Positions 18,601-28,062 of a stretch of DNA of 64,000 nucleotides are shown here, piece after piece. This DNA comes from an uncultured virus (IMG/VR IMGVR_UViG_3300019373_000295). Its lineage: Duplodnaviria; Heunggongvirae; Uroviricota; Caudoviricetes. The stretch is from IMG/VR virus record IMGVR_UViG_3300019373_000295, one strand, 5' to 3'. The notes beneath the pieces were generated by a model, which had not been told where the DNA came from, searched no databases, and saw nothing but the letters and a program-made list of their open reading frames with translations. A program made the position numbers and the translations under genes. The number at the start of each line of letters is the position of its first letter. Position 1 is the first letter of the stretch.

Positions 18601-20537
18601 ATCAGGATCTCACCGAAGCTGATTGCAAGCTCCTGCAACTGTGATTTCAGAATCGTGATCTGACCTGCGAGGTTGTCCTGCATAGTGTCTGCCATGCCCT
18701 TTGCAGAGCCTTCACAGCCGTAAATAGCAGTAGAGAGCTTGTTGTAGTCCTCCTCGCTGGCATTGATGATCGCAAGCATACCCGCCATATTCTGTTTACC
18801 GAAGATAGCGGCTGCCGCCTGCATCTGCTCTGCCTGTGCAAGACCCTCTGTAGTCGTAGACAGTTCCGCAACGATATCATCGAAATCACGTGCGTTGCCC
18901 TCTGCATCTGTCAGTTCTACATTGACCTTGCCCATTTTCTCACGGAGTATACCCATGATATCTCCGAGCGACCGCATATTGCCGTCTGCGTCGGTCATGA
19001 GTGTATTTGCCCCGGCGATCTCCTTTGAGACGCCTTCCTGTTCTTTGGCAAGTGCCTCCTGCGCACGGGCAAGTTTCAGCTGTGCTTTTTCGTAGTTGTT
19101 GCTTGCGATTTGAGCCTGTGAGCTGCCTTCGCCGTACTTGCTGATCGCATCGTTCAGTTTTACCTGTGCATTATCAAGTGAGATCGTCGCATCCTCAACA
19201 GCGTGCTCTGCCTTCTCGACCTTCTCAAAGTCGATTTTCTGAATTGTTTCAGTGCTGATAAAACCGAGCTGCTGCATAGCGGCAGCCTGCTGTTTTGTCG
19301 GCTTTGTGAGGTTTACAAGAGCGTTTTTCAGACTGTTACCAGCCTGAGAACCTTTGATACCTGAATTAGCCATAAGGCCGAGTGCGATAGACAGGTCTTC
19401 CGCAGACGCTCCCATAGAACCGGCGATCGGCGCAACATACTTGAAGGATTCGCCCATGAGAGACACATTGGTATTGGCGTTGGAAGATGCTGCTGCAAGG
19501 ATATCTGCGAAATGTGCAGAATCATCCGCGCTCATACCGAGCGCCGTCAGAGCGTCTGTGACAATATCCGATGTTGTAGCGAGGTCTTCACCGGAAGCTG
19601 CAGCGAGGTTCATAATACCCTCGACACCGTTCAGCATATCCTCGGTTTTCCAGCCTGCCATAGCCATGTAGTTCATAGCGTCGGCGGCTTCCGATGCGGA
19701 GAATTTTGTCTGAGAACCCATCTCACGGGCTTTTGCACGCAGCGCCTCTAAGTCCTCACCGGTAGCACCGGATACAGCAGAGACTTTGCTCATAGATGCA
19801 TCAAAATCCGCTGTCGTTTTGACCGCAGCAGTACTGAGTCCAAGGATCGGCACAGTTACATATTTTGTCAGATTTGTGCCGACTGTAGCGATTTTGTCGC
19901 CGACCTTTTCGATAGATGCTCCCGCTTCACCGATCTTTACAAGTGCTGTCTGAGAATTTGCGGCTTCCTGCTGCAGGTTTTGCAGTTCCTGTTCCGTATC
20001 GACAATTTCACGCTGAAGGGCGTCGTACTGCTCCGGGGGGATCGGATGACCGAATTCATCTGACACATCCTTTGCCTGCTGTTTCAAGCCGTTCAGTTCG
20101 TCGGTGGTCTGTTTGATCTCATTTTGCAGGGCATCGTACTTCTCCTGCGAGATCTCACCTTTGGAAAGCTGTTCATCGGCGATCTTGCTCTGCTCTTTCA
20201 ATTCCTTGAGTTTTGTTTCAGTCTCACCGATTTTCTGCTTGATAGGGTCATACTTTGCTTTCCACGCATCGTAATTGTCTTTGGTTTTGGCGGCCTGTTC
20301 GCTGGCTTTTTTCAGCGTTTCGAGTTTATCACTGGTCGATGATACGGCATCGGCAAGCAATCGCTGTTTCTGCGACAACAGTTCCGTATTGGTCGGGTCG
20401 AGCTTCAGCAGCTTTTCCACATCCTTGAGCTGTGTCTGCGTGTTTTTGATATTCTTATTGACACCTTCAAGGGCTTTGCTGAGTTTCGTGGTATCGCCGC
20501 CGATCTCAACGGTAATACCCTTGATTCTGTTTGCCAT
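15660..20537 (-). CDS. Tail tape measure protein (TP901 family)
   Basis: MANRIKGITVEIGGDTT start; TP901 core; Trp-periodic repeats; duplicated LHFSVPDxGPL..FESWMPDFM motif. Confidence 0.95.
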   Translation of the reverse strand: MANRIKGITVEIGGDTTKLSKALEGVNKNIKNTQTQLKDVEKLLKLDPTNTELLSQKQRLLADAVSSTSDKLETLKKASEQAAKTKDNYDAWKAKYDPIKQKIGETETKLKELKEQSKIADEQLSKGEISQEKYDALQNEIKQTTDELNGLKQQAKDVSDEFGHPIPPEQYDALQREIVDTEQELQNLQQEAANSQTALVKIGEAGASIEKVGDKIATVGTNLTKYVTVPILGLSTAAVKTTADFDASMSKVSAVSGATGEDLEALRAKAREMGSQTKFSASEAADAMNYMAMAGWKTEDMLNGVEGIMNLAAASGEDLATTSDIVTDALTALGMSADDSAHFADILAAASSNANTNVSLMGESFKYVAPIAGSMGASAEDLSIALGLMANSGIKGSQAGNSLKNALVNLTKPTKQQAAAMQQLGFISTETIQKIDFEKVEKAEHAVEDATISLDNAQVKLNDAISKYGEGSSQAQIASNNYEKAQLKLARAQEALAKEQEGVSKEIAGANTLMTDADGNMRSLGDIMGILREKMGKVNVELTDAEGNARDFDDIVAELSTTTEGLAQAEQMQAAAAIFGKQNMAGMLAIINASEEDYNKLSTAIYGCEGSAKGMADTMQDNLAGQITILKSQLQELAISFGEILMPAIRSIVSKIQALIDKFNAMSPATKETIVKIELVAAALGPLLLVIGKTMVGIGKLMQLVANLPSMIAGAKAAFSSFGAAIGGISAPVVAVIAVIAALVAAFVHLWRTNEDFRNKITAIWEQIKSIFSGFCQGIVDRINALGFDFKNITEVIKAVWDGLCKFLKPVFEGQFQQIANIFKAVTDIILSVLDIFVGIFTGDWNRVWDGIKGIFSAVWNFIKDTLKNALNMICGIFGTDLGEVKDFWVGVWTSIKNFFVNIWNGIKSFITGILNGIKNFFTTIWTGIKNFFVGIWTSIYNSVAEKINLIKTVITVVWNAIHTAISTVLNAIWSVITTVWQTIYDFISPLLDAFRYLFETIFEAIHVIISRVMDWIHEKITTTWETIKAVVTIVLEGIKTFFETIWNAISTTVSTVMDTISNVISTVWNAISGFISGILNTIWSVISSIWESIKNHITNTLNAIHAVVSAVWNAISGFISSVLNAISTTISNIWNGIKNTVSTVMNAIKNTVSNIWNSVKSAVTEKITAIKDTIVNGFNAAVNFIKNLGSQAFQWGADIINNIVSGIKNCIGKVADAVKGVANKIKSFLHFSVPDEGPLADFESWMPDFMQGLADGINQNAGVVGDAVNGFAGNLAETISTVIKNALSNVVTAVQGFMEQVFDTVKTVWANANTAIDATMSQIKNGITSGWKAVVSVVTTALDNIKKVIATTWKAAASVIEAALNGIKKIVTAVWTAMKTLINTGQLDIKNVISTTWNAAKDVVNTALNGIKAVVQSVWNAMPDIVRNPMNQVKDAVLSIWDNIRNGIGERLGGVRDAVNNAMRAVYDAVMDKVNSSWSWGRDLMQNLINGLNYMLGNLINTVADVARAISDYLHFSVPDKGPLTEFESWMPDFMKGLADGINKSKKYVEKAISGVADAMTIAMNSDFNVDMSGVTGAMVGAGGTTVVNNYNNDNSRTVNQTNNSPKSLSRLEIYRMTRNALNV

Positions 20538-20579
20538 GCGGATCACCTGCCTTCCTTACAAAAAAATCTGAAAAATAGG

Positions 20580-20608
20580 TTGAATTTATCCTAAAAGTGT
20601 GGTATACT
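20580..20608 (+). promoter_or_regulatory. phd-doc promoter
   Basis: TTGAAT-17bp-TATACT with extended -10 TG. Confidence 0.7.
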
Positions 20609-20627
20609 ATAAGTGGGAGGTGTTAGC

Positions 20628-20870
20628 ATGAAAATTGATACCAACACTATTGTTTCGATGACCGAAGCTAACCAGAATTTTTCCAAGGTTGCAAGACTGG
20701 TAGATCAGTTCGGCTCCGCTGTTATCCTGAAAAATAACACTCCTCGCTATCTTGTGGTGGAGTTTCAGGAAGCTGATGCACTGCAGGATGCAGACAGCGA
20801 TGAGGTCGCAGAGATCTCCAAGAGACTGCTTGCAAGAAATGCCGCTATCTATGAGGAACTCGCCAAATGA
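20628..20870 (+). CDS. phd: Phd/YefM antitoxin
   Basis: VSMTEANQNFSKVARLVD..VILKNN.PRY; overlaps doc by ATGA. Confidence 0.9.
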   Translation: MKIDTNTIVSMTEANQNFSKVARLVDQFGSAVILKNNTPRYLVVEFQEADALQDADSDEVAEISKRLLARNAAIYEELAK

Positions 20871-21244
20871 AACGACTAACGAAAGAACAGATCATGATGC
20901 TCCACAGAGCATTAATAGCCGAATCAGGCGGCTCTGTGGAGATTCGTGATGAAGGGCTGCTTGATTCAGCTATAAATGCTCCGTTTCAGACATTCGGCGG
21001 TGACGAGTTATATCCGTCTCTTCTTGAAAAAGCATCCCGCCTTGGATTCGGGCTTATAAAAAATCATCCTTTTGTAGACGGTAATAAAAGAATTGGTACA
21101 CACGCTATGCTTGTCTTTCTTGCAGTCAATCATATTGAACTGCAATATGAGGACTTAGAACTTATCCATCTTATACTCGGCATTGCTGCGGGTGAATTTG
21201 ACGAGGCATATTTATTAGCGTGGTTACAGCAGCATATAGACTAA
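20867..21244 (+). CDS. doc: Doc (death-on-curing, Fic family) toxin
   Basis: HPFVDGNKR motif. Confidence 0.92.
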   Translation: MKRLTKEQIMMLHRALIAESGGSVEIRDEGLLDSAINAPFQTFGGDELYPSLLEKASRLGFGLIKNHPFVDGNKRIGTHAMLVFLAVNHIELQYEDLELIHLILGIAAGEFDEAYLLAWLQQHID

Positions 21245-21918
21245 AAGCATTTGCCTGAGAGAGACTTCAATGTCTCTTTCAGGCTTTTGTGTTTCAGCTT
21301 CCTCGGCTCAAATCCTATGGCATCGTAAAAGATGTGCATGATAAAACCCGCACCGAAAATAGACAGCAGTGTTCCGATACCGACAGAGCCGCCAAGCATC
21401 CAACCGATCAGTGTAACTACCGACCACAGCAGTACCCCGATCATGCCGATGGGTATTTTCGGCAGCTTTTTGCCCATAACAATCATCAGACCGTCCTTCG
21501 GACCGCTGCCGAGTTCCGCCGACATATACACATAGATGCCGAGATCAATAATCAGAAAGCCGATTAACAGCAGAACGATTCCGAGCAGCGTACTATGGTT
21601 TTCGGGATACGGGGAAATGTCGATGAACAACTGCGTGAGTCGTCCGGTAATCAGTGCATCGAGAATCGTTGCAAAACCAATGCGTTCCTGGAACAGAAGC
21701 TGTATCAGAATTGCCGCGACAGATACCAGCACCATAGTGCTGCCGTAGTTCAGCGGTGTATACTGTGATATTCCCATGCAGAAGCAGTCCCACGGTGCCA
21801 GCCCTATATTCGCTGCAATGGTCAGATACACGCCGAAAGAGTATATAAGCAGTCCACAAAGAGTCTGTAATATGCTCCGCAATACACGGATACGGGTATC
21901 AGAAGGAGTCGAAGTCAT
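21241..21918 (-). CDS. YczE/YitT-like membrane protein
   Basis: ANIGLAPWD, LGSGPKDGLM, GGSVGIGT motifs; start uncertain. Confidence 0.75.
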   Translation of the reverse strand: MTSTPSDTRIRVLRSILQTLCGLLIYSFGVYLTIAANIGLAPWDCFCMGISQYTPLNYGSTMVLVSVAAILIQLLFQERIGFATILDALITGRLTQLFIDISPYPENHSTLLGIVLLLIGFLIIDLGIYVYMSAELGSGPKDGLMIVMGKKLPKIPIGMIGVLLWSVVTLIGWMLGGSVGIGTLLSIFGAGFIMHIFYDAIGFEPRKLKHKSLKETLKSLSGKCF

Positions 21919-22093
21919 CCTGCGTTGCCTTGTATTCATATGAAATATCATCATTATCCTTTTCAATGAACATTTCGTTGACCATTCCGATGGTGAGCAG
22001 ATCAAGGTCAGATAAACTCAGCCCGATCTGCACACATCGGAGAAGGAACAACGGCGTTGTCATCTCGCGGTCAACTGGGCGAGATTTTTTTTT
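21899..22093 (-). CDS. Tail assembly chaperone C-terminal (gpT-like) segment, expressed by -1 frameshift
   Basis: Open -1 frame KSRPVDREMTTPLFLLRCVQIGL..ATQDDFDSF* after an A9 run. Confidence 0.75.
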   Translation of the reverse strand, partial: KKKSRPVDREMTTPLFLLRCVQIGLSLSDLDLLTIGMVNEMFIEKDNDDISYEYKATQDDFDSF

Positions 22094-22440
22094 GACTCCG
22101 CCTGCGTCTCAAGATTCACGCCCCAGAGTTCAAAAAGCTGCGGCAGCACTTCGTAGATGGAGAAGGTATTGAACTGTTCGAGCCACTCGTCGGGGCTGTC
22201 CGGCACATTTTCCGGATCGGCGTGCTTGGCCATTGTCCATGCGATATTCTCGAAAACCTCAAGGCTCTCGATACCGAGACCGGAATTCTCCTCATCGCTC
22301 TCGTCAACAGAATCCTTCAGCGCAGAGAAATCCTTGAAGATGTCCTTGCGGAACTTTGCACGGTAAAGGCGAGGCAGTGTTGCGCTCGCCTTGAAAGGAA
22401 CCTCGATACCGTCAACAGTAATGATTTTTTTGATAGCCAT
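22060..22440 (-). CDS. Tail assembly chaperone (gpG-like)
   Basis: Between major tail and tape measure genes; ends AESKKNLAQLTAR over slippery site. Confidence 0.85.
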   Translation of the reverse strand: MAIKKIITVDGIEVPFKASATLPRLYRAKFRKDIFKDFSALKDSVDESDEENSGLGIESLEVFENIAWTMAKHADPENVPDSPDEWLEQFNTFSIYEVLPQLFELWGVNLETQAESKKNLAQLTAR

Positions 22441-22457
22441 ATTCGTTCTCCTCCGAA

Positions 22458-23114
22458 TCAGTCAGTAGTGGTTGCTGCGGTTGTGCTGCCGCCCTTGGTG
22501 CTGCTTGTCGAACGTGTACCGGTGCTGTTGTTGGTGGTTGCTGCAATCGGGATATAGACGGCGTTGTACCAGTTGTTGTAGGTGGTCTCATCTGTGCTTT
22601 CACAGGTCTTGGACTTTACCAGACCGGAAGGCAGCGCAGAAGCCTTCAGCGACAGTGTCTCTGTCTTGACCTCCTTGCTCTCCTCAGTGGTCTGACCCTC
22701 AGTTGCAGGACGGGATGCAGAGCAGCAGTACAGCACATGACGGATGTGATTCTTATCTCCGTCAAACTCGAACAAAAGCGCGAACTGCGATGTTTCGGCA
22801 TCGTTGCGTTCCACAAGGACACCCTTGCTGTCGAGCTGTTCACCGAGGATATCGGTTGCGAAATCGGTGGTGATGAGAGCAATTTCGAGGTCACCCTCAT
22901 AGCCTGCGTTGTTGTTGATAACGTAGTAAACGGTGTTATCGGCGTAGAAGTTGTCGTTCTCGCCGTTTGCGTCAATGCTCAGCGAAACAGCACCGGGCAG
23001 ACGCACAGGCGTTGCAAATGTCGGAACACCGTCATCACTCCATGCTGTGATCTTTGCCCAGTGAACCTTGTTCAGACCGAACTTGACCTTGTTTTTCTTC
23101 AGAGCCATATTCAT
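22458..23114 (-). CDS. Major tail protein (phi13 family)
   Basis: NKVKFGL..FYADN..FALLFEFDGD..RHVLY motifs. Confidence 0.9.
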   Translation of the reverse strand: MNMALKKNKVKFGLNKVHWAKITAWSDDGVPTFATPVRLPGAVSLSIDANGENDNFYADNTVYYVINNNAGYEGDLEIALITTDFATDILGEQLDSKGVLVERNDAETSQFALLFEFDGDKNHIRHVLYCCSASRPATEGQTTEESKEVKTETLSLKASALPSGLVKSKTCESTDETTYNNWYNAVYIPIAATTNNSTGTRSTSSTKGGSTTAATTTD

Positions 23115-23428
23115 ACCTCCAATGTGTACAGGACCTCATAGAGCCGTTCGCTCTCGATCCATGTTTCGGATTTTGTATAATAAATGTTGTGCTGATGCAG
23201 CACTTCCTCCACACGCTCCTCCGCATCCGGGGATTTTTCATCGGTGTACAGTTCAATATGCAGCCGCTTGAAGCTGACATACATCAGGTTATCCGCACCG
23301 AATGTATTTTCACCGGGAGACAGAAACAGCGTGAACGGAGGATCCGGGCTTTCACCCTCTGCGAAGTGATGATACGCAAAGGGCAGCCCGATCTCCTGCA
23401 TCATCTCGGATATTTCCTCGTAGGTCAC
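23111..23428 (-). CDS. Tail terminator/completion protein
   Basis: Position; LPFAYHHF..IELYTD..LYEVLY. Confidence 0.75.
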   Translation of the reverse strand: MTYEEISEMMQEIGLPFAYHHFAEGESPDPPFTLFLSPGENTFGADNLMYVSFKRLHIELYTDEKSPDAEERVEEVLHQHNIYYTKSETWIESERLYEVLYTLEV

Positions 23429-23793
23429 GATAACTCCTTTTTAATGAGCGTTTCGAGCATATCCGCACCGTTTGCCTCAGCAGGTGCAATATGCGGGATA
23501 GCCGCCACACGTCCGCCGCCGCGCTTTGCATGACCGTGTTCGAGCAGATGTGCAATCTGATAGCGGTCTTTGCTGTGGACGGTCATTTCCAGTGTGTGGC
23601 TGTTTTCCTTGGTTTTCTTAGCTGTCCAGCTTCGCTTGTAGCGGCCTGACTTCACAGGAGCGTTTGCAGAGATCTCATTTTTGACGGCGGTCGCTGTCTT
23701 TCTTACAGCTTTTTTCATAGCGGCATCTGCAAGATCAGCATATTCCTCCAGTCCCTCCATGATCGCCGAAGCCATATCGTCAATAGATGTCAT
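23425..23793 (-). CDS. HK97 gp10-family protein
   Basis: APVKSG.Y..SW..AHLLEHGH..PHIAPA. Confidence 0.88.
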   Translation of the reverse strand: MTSIDDMASAIMEGLEEYADLADAAMKKAVRKTATAVKNEISANAPVKSGRYKRSWTAKKTKENSHTLEMTVHSKDRYQIAHLLEHGHAKRGGGRVAAIPHIAPAEANGADMLETLIKKELS

Positions 23794-24145
23794 CCTTTGA
23801 TCCCGCCCTTCGTGATTCGCAGATCAGCTTCATATAGTCCTGCGATGTGTAATTAGGAACAATGCCCTTGATATCGTAGTCGATGCCATCGAACCGGATT
23901 CTATACACAGTAGAGCCCATTTTCTTTGTCTGCGGCGTCTGCCGGATTGTTACCTCGATACGTTGTATCTCTCTGGTGACTCCGGTGTTTGTCTCCTCAG
24001 ATGCAGAGCCTTGTGTATTGCCGACCGTCACAGAAGCCCAGAGGGAGAACGCCTCCTCCCACTGAGCCTTGTGATTTCCGATCGCATCTTTTTTGACATG
24101 ATTTTCAAGGACGGCGATCCGCTGATTCAGTTTCCCGATCTCCAT
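23780..24145 (-). CDS. Head closure / head-tail adaptor
   Basis: IGKLNQRI..YRIRFDG..YDIKGI. Confidence 0.85.
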   Translation of the reverse strand: MEIGKLNQRIAVLENHVKKDAIGNHKAQWEEAFSLWASVTVGNTQGSASEETNTGVTREIQRIEVTIRQTPQTKKMGSTVYRIRFDGIDYDIKGIVPNYTSQDYMKLICESRRAGSKDDIY

Positions 24146-24423
24146 TAGACCACGCCCTCTCTTTGTGCGAATAACAACGCCCTGAGTGTCAGCGTCAGCG
24201 CATGATAATCAGCAGTATTGCGGTTTTCATAGAGGTAAGAAACAGTATACAGCATAGCCTGCCGGGAGGTTTCCTCATTTTCCGCGAGTTGCTTTTCATT
24301 CATTCTGCCAACATCCATCACGAGCCGCTGCGCCGTATCGATCAGAGTGAGGATGAGCTTGTCATCCTCACAGTGGTCAACACGGAGGTAGTTTTTTGTT
24401 TCAGGCAGTGAGATCAGATTCAC
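24145..24423 (-). CDS. Head-tail connector (gp6-like)
   Basis: LPETKNYLRVD..DD.LI..LYENR. Confidence 0.88.
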   Translation of the reverse strand: MNLISLPETKNYLRVDHCEDDKLILTLIDTAQRLVMDVGRMNEKQLAENEETSRQAMLYTVSYLYENRNTADYHALTLTLRALLFAQREGVV

Positions 24424-24443
24424 TTATCTGCCCTCCGTTCTTA

Positions 24444-25694
24444 TCAGCCGTTGCCGCCGGTATTACCGCCAGTAGTGCCGCCGGTCGCTGCCTTGGTACC
24501 TGCCATCTTGAGAACCTTAACGGACTCAGGAAGGATGAGACGACCGTCCACACGCTGTGTGGTAAGGAAGCCGACCTGATCGGTGCGGGCATACAGCTCG
24601 TTCAGACGGCGGAAGGTGCGGTTCTGACGGTCAGCCACCCAGTAGTTCTTCATATCACCAAAGAGGAGAACACGCTCGCCCTTTGCGATACCCGGCATGA
24701 AGGAAGAGGTGCGGATTGGTCTGCCGAGCAGTGTATCCGGCTTTGCGATGTCGAGTGACGGCTTCCAGAGGTAGTTGTCGTTCTTGTCCTTGAGCTTCAT
24801 GAGCTGAAGGAGGATAGTCTCGTTGCAGACGAACTGTGCGTTTCTGCGGTAGGGAGACTTCAGGCTGTAGTAGAGATCAAAGATCTCATCGAAGGTGATC
24901 GCAGTCTGGGATGCCGCAGTAACACCAAGCTCTGCACCGCCGGTCTCATCGAGAATACCGAGAGGCTTTTTGTCGCCGTCACCGGTGAAGAAGGCACGCT
25001 CCTCGGCATTGCCCATTGCAACACCAAAACGAGCAGCGATATACGATGCGAGGTCAAAAGCGGAATCGTGCAGAAGCTCGTTGCTGATCTTGATCATCGT
25101 GCCGAGCTTGTATGCGGAGAGAGTGGTCTGACCGAATCTGGTGTCAGTCTCCGGGATCTCCTCACCCTCATCGATCCACTGCGCCTCCATTGTATCGTTC
25201 GCAATAGGGATCTTGCGGGTGCCGGAATTGGTCTTGATGACCGTTGCCATCTGGCGGAAGATGTTGTTCTCCTCAAGTGCCTGAATCAGTCTGCGCTCGA
25301 ATTCGTCAGGCACAGTGTAGCCGCCCTCGGTGTCCTCACCGACAGAGAGCGCGTTGCGGACTGCAAGCTGATCGCCCTTGTTGCGGATCATATCCCAGAA
25401 GGCGGACTTGTACTCGTCGGTTACGGTCGGGTTGGTGGGCGGTGTATTCTTTGTGCCGGGAGCATTGGTGACGGGCTTGCTGGTCGGCGCGGAAAGCGCC
25501 GCATCGAGGGCTGCCTGCTGCTCGAGACGCTCGATTTCTGCGCCGAGAGCCTGCACCTCACCGGCCATTTTGTTGTACTGCTCCACTGCGGAAGCCTCCA
25601 CGAGACCGTTCTCACCACGGTGCTTTTCGAGGAAGTTCTTTGTCTGCTCCCACAGGGTATTACGCTTACTGCGAAGTTCCATGATCTTGCTCAT
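24444..25694 (-). CDS. Major capsid protein (HK97 fold)
   Basis: GGYTVPDEF..ISNELLHDS..LLGRPI..RVDG. Confidence 0.95.
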   Translation of the reverse strand: MSKIMELRSKRNTLWEQTKNFLEKHRGENGLVEASAVEQYNKMAGEVQALGAEIERLEQQAALDAALSAPTSKPVTNAPGTKNTPPTNPTVTDEYKSAFWDMIRNKGDQLAVRNALSVGEDTEGGYTVPDEFERRLIQALEENNIFRQMATVIKTNSGTRKIPIANDTMEAQWIDEGEEIPETDTRFGQTTLSAYKLGTMIKISNELLHDSAFDLASYIAARFGVAMGNAEERAFFTGDGDKKPLGILDETGGAELGVTAASQTAITFDEIFDLYYSLKSPYRRNAQFVCNETILLQLMKLKDKNDNYLWKPSLDIAKPDTLLGRPIRTSSFMPGIAKGERVLLFGDMKNYWVADRQNRTFRRLNELYARTDQVGFLTTQRVDGRLILPESVKVLKMAGTKAATGGTTGGNTGGNG

Positions 25695-25749
25695 ATCTTT
25701 TCTCCATTTCTCCGGATAAAATCCGGTGTAGCATAAAAATACAGCCTGC

Positions 25750-26679
25750 TTATCTCAGAAAAGCAAGCTGCTGTTTCAGAATTTCATACGGCATAGAGCC
25801 GTCTGTGGTTTTACCGTCCATACCAATCACAGGCATATCCGGCACTGTAACTGTCGGTGCGGTCAGCCCTTCCTCGGAAGGTTTCTGTGCATCATCTGCC
25901 TTGCCGTCATCGGGCGGCTCTGTGCCTTCGGGTGCTGCGGAAGCGGTGATCTTTCCCAGAATGGTCTGCCCCATGACACGGGTACTGTACTCCCAAAGGG
26001 CATCGCCGGTGTCCAGCTTGAACGGCTTCTTTTCGGTCTCTTTCTTTTCATCGCCCTCATCGTCACCGCCTTCCTGATCGGGCTTATCAGGCTCGTCCGG
26101 ATCGTCAGGCTCATCATCCTTCTTGTCCGGCTCGGGCTTTTCATCGAACAGAATCTCATCTGCAAAGCCCAGCTCGACCGCCTTTTTCGCATTGATCCAT
26201 GTCTCATCGGACATGAGCTTGCTGATGCGGTTTCTGCTGAGTCCGGTTTTTGCCGCATATGCGTTGATGATGCTCTCCTTGACCTCGTTCAGCGTAGCAA
26301 TGGCTTTTTCCATGTCCTTGGCATTGCCGAAAGCAATGGTAGATGGGTCATGGATCATGAGAAGAGCGGTGGGAGACATCTGGACAGTATTGCCCGCCAT
26401 TGCGATCACAGATGCCGCCGATGCAGCGATGCTTGCGATGCGCACAGTGACATTGTGCGGATAGTCACGGATCATTGTGTAGATCTCTGCAGCGGCGAAG
26501 ACGTTGCCGCCCGGCGAATTGATCCAGAGCGTGAGGTCGCCGTCTTCGGCATACAGCTCATCTCTGAAATCCTGCGGTGTGATCTCGTCACCCCAGAAGG
26601 AATCCGAGTCGATTGGTCCCTCCAGGCGGAGCACTCTGCCGCCGCTGTCATCGTGAATATAGTCCCAGAATTTCGGCAT
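25750..26679 (-). CDS. ClpP-like head maturation protease
   Basis: INSPGG, AASAAS, MIHDP, ETW..A.KAVELGFAD. Confidence 0.93.
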   Translation of the reverse strand: MPKFWDYIHDDSGGRVLRLEGPIDSDSFWGDEITPQDFRDELYAEDGDLTLWINSPGGNVFAAAEIYTMIRDYPHNVTVRIASIAASAASVIAMAGNTVQMSPTALLMIHDPSTIAFGNAKDMEKAIATLNEVKESIINAYAAKTGLSRNRISKLMSDETWINAKKAVELGFADEILFDEKPEPDKKDDEPDDPDEPDKPDQEGGDDEGDEKKETEKKPFKLDTGDALWEYSTRVMGQTILGKITASAAPEGTEPPDDGKADDAQKPSEEGLTAPTVTVPDMPVIGMDGKTTDGSMPYEILKQQLAFLR

Positions 26680-28050
26680 TTACATCCCTCCGTTTCGTAC
26701 TTTCTTCCTGCGCCTTTTTCGCAGGAATCTGTCATCGGTCGATTCTTCATCCGTTTCGTCCTGTTCCTCTGTATCTGTCTGCTCCGGCTCGTCCAAGTCG
26801 TATGCGGCACCTGCATCCTGCAGCTTGTTATAACTGCCGTTGAGGTAATAATCATCACCGCCGAGATCGTGCGGAATAAGATCCATGTTTTCAAGCCTGC
26901 GCACATCATTCGGGCTCATAAAGCCGTTGCCGACACCGATCGCATAAGCGTTCATTCTGCTCTGATAGTCGCCGCGCATCAGGCCGTCCACATTGAATTT
27001 CGGAAAATATACATCCTGTTCCTCCTCCAGCAGAAGGTCTTTGATGATGCCTTTTTCAATGCGGATGATCCAAGGCATAAGCGAATATTGCACGAATGCG
27101 ATACCCTGATGCTCGATGTTATTGAAGGTGCTGCGTTTCAGATCCTGTACCAGATGGGGCGGAACCTGAAACATTCGGCATATTTCCTCCACATCGAATT
27201 CACGGGTGGATAGGAACTGTGAATCCTCCGGCGGCAGCGAGATCGGCTTATACTGCATACCTTCTTCGAGAACGGCGATACGGTGCGCATTGCGGGAACC
27301 GCCGTACACTCTCGTCCAGTTTTCACGGATCTTTTCGGGATTTTTCAGCACACCGGGGTGCTCCAGAACACCGGCAGGCTGCGCTCCGTTTTTGAAGAAG
27401 GCACTGCCGTAACGCTCCACCGCCATTGCTGCGCCCAGCGCATTTTTCATCATCGCAATGGGTGAAAATCCCACAAGACCGTTGAAACCCAGACCGGGAA
27501 TGTGCAGTATCTCATCTCGCTGAAAGATGATATCCTTGTCATGCTCACCGGGCTTTTCATCGGTGTATGCGTGGTAGGTGTAGATCAGGTCACCGCTTTT
27601 CGGGTCACGGTCGATCTCCACGTTCTCGGGGAGAAGCGGATACAGACCGACGATACCGTTCTTGCCGTCACGGACGATCTGTGCATAGGCGTTGCCCCAG
27701 AGCAGCAGATGACACATCAGCGCTTCCCAGAATGAGAATGAACTCATTTCGGGATTTGGCTGCCGATACAAGATTTTATACAGCGGATGATCGGTAGCGC
27801 GTTCCTTATCCTCACCGGCACCTGTATATCTGTACAGATGCAGCGGAAGCCCTGCGATGGTATTTGACAATAGTCTCACGCAGGCGTATACGGTAACGAT
27901 CTGCATTGCCGTTCGTTCGTCAACACGCTCTCCGCTGTGCGTCATGCCGAATACAAACAGATTACCGGAATCACGGACATTGTCACGGATATCCGGCAAT
28001 GACGGTGCGTCTCTCGGCTTGCTGATGCCAAGCCAGCTTAGTAAGCCCAT
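26680..28050 (-). CDS. Portal protein (HK97 family)
   Basis: VYACVRLLS, PNPEMS, GNAY, G.SPI motifs. Confidence 0.95.
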   Translation of the reverse strand: MGLLSWLGISKPRDAPSLPDIRDNVRDSGNLFVFGMTHSGERVDERTAMQIVTVYACVRLLSNTIAGLPLHLYRYTGAGEDKERATDHPLYKILYRQPNPEMSSFSFWEALMCHLLLWGNAYAQIVRDGKNGIVGLYPLLPENVEIDRDPKSGDLIYTYHAYTDEKPGEHDKDIIFQRDEILHIPGLGFNGLVGFSPIAMMKNALGAAMAVERYGSAFFKNGAQPAGVLEHPGVLKNPEKIRENWTRVYGGSRNAHRIAVLEEGMQYKPISLPPEDSQFLSTREFDVEEICRMFQVPPHLVQDLKRSTFNNIEHQGIAFVQYSLMPWIIRIEKGIIKDLLLEEEQDVYFPKFNVDGLMRGDYQSRMNAYAIGVGNGFMSPNDVRRLENMDLIPHDLGGDDYYLNGSYNKLQDAGAAYDLDEPEQTDTEEQDETDEESTDDRFLRKRRRKKVRNGGM

Positions 28051-28062
28051 ATATATTACCTC

